Below are positions 61,577-64,000 of a stretch of 64,000 nt of DNA, in pieces (positions within the stretch are counted from its first letter, which is position 1; each line of letters starts with the position of its first letter). Source of the stretch: Amphiscolops sp. MND2022 (Eukaryota); NCBI GenBank assembly GCA_964187785.1, contig OZ076409.1, positions 61,196,001-61,260,000 on the forward strand, read 5' to 3'. The position numbers were made by a program, and so were the translations under genes. The notes below the pieces were generated by a model. It saw only the letters and a program-made list of their open reading frames with translations, was not told where the DNA came from and made no database searches.

Positions 61577-61928
61577 CAATGAAATTGACTGATGAATCAC
61601 GCCATTGATGAATCATTATTGCCTTTGTTGTCACTCAATCCAAATAATTCACAATTTAATCCCGCAAAATGGATTTTCATCTTGAGATGTTTCGACAAGA
61701 AATTTTCAAGGTTATGTTTTGTTTCCATACCCTTCATAGTCAACCCTTTATGTGAACTGTTACATTGAATTAAGCCTAAGTCTTAGACCGCTTTCTTGAA
61801 CATTCAATATGAAATATTACTAAACCCTTTACTAAGTAACGCATTTCAATTCCGGTAATTGGAGACTGCCTGGAGACATACAGGTACTAAGTAGTCTTTC
61901 TCTAAACTTTCTTCAACTACTATACACA
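61537..61928 (+). repeat. BEL/Pao 3' LTR
   Basis: Direct repeat of 55458-55849. Confidence 0.96.
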
Positions 61929-64000
61929 AATTATATGGTGGCTTCCATAGCTTAATGCTCGTCACTATTAGCAGTTCCAAACTGCGGCACATCGGAGAAT
62001 ATCACAGAACGCCACTCCCAATAAATGGAAGTTCCTAGAAACCGGCCCCTGCATCAAATTTTGTCCCGTGACGTTTTTCATCTTCTTGCCAACCTCAAGC
62101 CTGCGGCGGCGCCTGTCGTTGCATTATTTGGCCATTACAATATCAGGAAGTTCATGAGCTGATTGATCTCCAAGAATTTCATGCGCTAAGTGATCATTTT
62201 CATTTAGATTAAAATGAAAATCGGAGCATGAGATGCCTCTTAGATGCATGTTTTTCTCACGTTTTATTACTCTTGCGTCATACATTTTTGACGTCATATA
62301 ATAATAACGTCACACTGATGTCCAGAAAAACATATTCGAAGTGACATCTGTGACAAGAGGCGCAATGACACTGCAGTTTTATTGGTAAACTCTGAAGACT
62401 CCTTAGCAAAAAATTGTACACCTTTCTTCTTCACTGGCTTGGCAAAGAAAATATTAAACAATATTCTAGAATTAGACCTCTCTGGAGGTAGCGCTCAATC
62501 GTTTCTGGAACAATTCGAGAATGTGGAAAAAATGGAAATTTAACAGCAAAAAAAGTTTCGAAAAAATGAAAAAATGATAGAATCACAATTTGGCAACTTC
62601 AAATTGATTGGTTTTAGTATCTTCATTTTACGAGGCCGCCAACTTCATGCTTTCACAGTTTGATATGGTTTTTGTTACGGTTGTTCTGACAAATAGATCA
62701 GAAATTAATCCTCGTTTACCAAGCTTTTCCTTTCATGAAAAGGTCACTTTGTTTTACAAACCTGATCAGACTTTCATCACCAGCGAGCAAGGCTGATCAA
62801 TCATCAACGAGGCAGTTCTACAGTGGATCATCTACAGTTATACAAAAATCAAGTGTCTTGTCCGTTCCAGGTAATTTTAAGCTTCAAGAGACTGATGATA
62901 CTGCAGTTGACAGACAACCCGGTATTATGGTTTGTTATAGATTTTGTAGGTGCGTTCTGAAGCAGGAGAAGAGAGTTCGAATCTCACAAGTGTTCATTTT
63001 TTTGGCTCGTTTTCATTGGTAATGAATACTTTTTTGGATTGCCATTGACTTTTCCAAAAAAACAACAATGTCGGAATATAATTCAACATTTCGCTCAACG
63101 ATGAAATGCCGATGATATTCAAGGATGATTTTGAGCCAAAAAAGTTACTTTACTTCGCGAAGATGTCATCAAAAGTAGGCAACGGACTGTTTAGGATGAC
63201 ATGGTCCATTATCGTTAGCTTCTTAAACTTTCTAGACATACTTTTTATTTTTTCGACATTTCGTTGATCTGTTGCGATGCCTTTCATTTTCCAGCTTTGA
63301 ACACGTTTCATAAATATGTCAGTCTTTCACAATCGTATTGCTGATAAAGATACTTCTTCGCGTTAAGATTTTACTCCAAGTATATTACCCGATACGGTCA
63401 GTGAATCGACATTTTGTTTCACATTTTCGATTTGGGGTTATCAATACTCGGTTCATAACAATTTAGCCGAATTTTTTGAGTTTGAATCGTGCAAACCTAA
63501 AAAGTCTTCTTTCTAATTGACAAATAAGACTGTTTTTGAAACTTTATTTGAGAGTATTTAACAGCAAATCAAATTATAATTATTACGCCAATTTCAACAT
63601 GAAGCATTTATTATTCGATATGCTATAAAAACTCCAACCGACACTACTACATTCTGATTGGTCATCTGATCCGATAGAGGATGATGTCAAAATGACGACA
63701 CCCGAATTTAAATGCTGATTGGTTGTTACTATGACGTGATCAAAACGTCAATGAAGTGAACTCATCGCATCTTGAATGCTTCGGTTGCGAAATGAGGGCG
63801 AAAAGGGTTCTGAGAAAAACCTCTTTGGTACGTTTTGGTAGTGAGAGAAGCCATCGTTTTGGGTTCATTGACCGATAGTATACACAACCAAGCCAGTAGG
63901 TCGTCCGTTTCACTCGCGTTTGTGTCGCCCAATGTTGACCAACACGGAGTAGAGTTCTAGAATACATACAATTTCATTTTTACCCATTTTAAATCTGAAT

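Larger units (their letters stand above)
55458..61928 (+). mobile_element. Full-length BEL/Pao LTR retrotransposon
   Basis: 392-bp LTRs (TGT...ACA), 5-bp TSD AATTA at 55453-55457 and 61929-61933, PBS, G-rich tract before the 3' LTR. Confidence 0.97.

Noticed and set aside
61934..64000. Short ORFs and CCAAT-like motifs at the right end
   Set aside because: No recognisable protein motifs or element boundaries.

Overview
Transposon-dense, AT-rich eukaryotic (most likely invertebrate animal) DNA; not prokaryotic. From left to right: (1) the right end of a Polinton/Maverick (adintovirus-like) element, 1-3922, with protease, minor capsid and pVI/pX-like genes, apparently inserted into the 5' LTR of (2) a Ty3/Gypsy element (Gypsy-A, 3923-18663, +); (3) a decayed BEL/Pao element (~19640-25930, -); (4) a Tc1 DD34E relic (28303-29422) inside a tRNA-derived repeat; (5) one probable host exon (stum/SPEC3-like, 31460-31646, -); (6) a MITE-like element; (7) a full-length 14.9 kb Gypsy element (Gypsy-B, 40154-55073, -, TSD CCACT); (8) a full-length BEL/Pao element (55458-61928, +, TSD AATTA). 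The main finding is that the two diverged Gypsy families share an unusual architecture. Between pol and the 3' LTR each carries an antisense gene of five exons and four introns, with identical internal exon lengths (486/135/82 nt), encoding a BED-zinc-finger protein that resembles a catalytically dead hAT transposase. Each also has a divergently oriented sense ORF3 running into the 3' LTR, no canonical PPT, a gag whose first ~195 codons lie inside the LTR, and an AAAAAAC -1 frameshift site. All family assignments come from motif recognition by eye; no database search was run.
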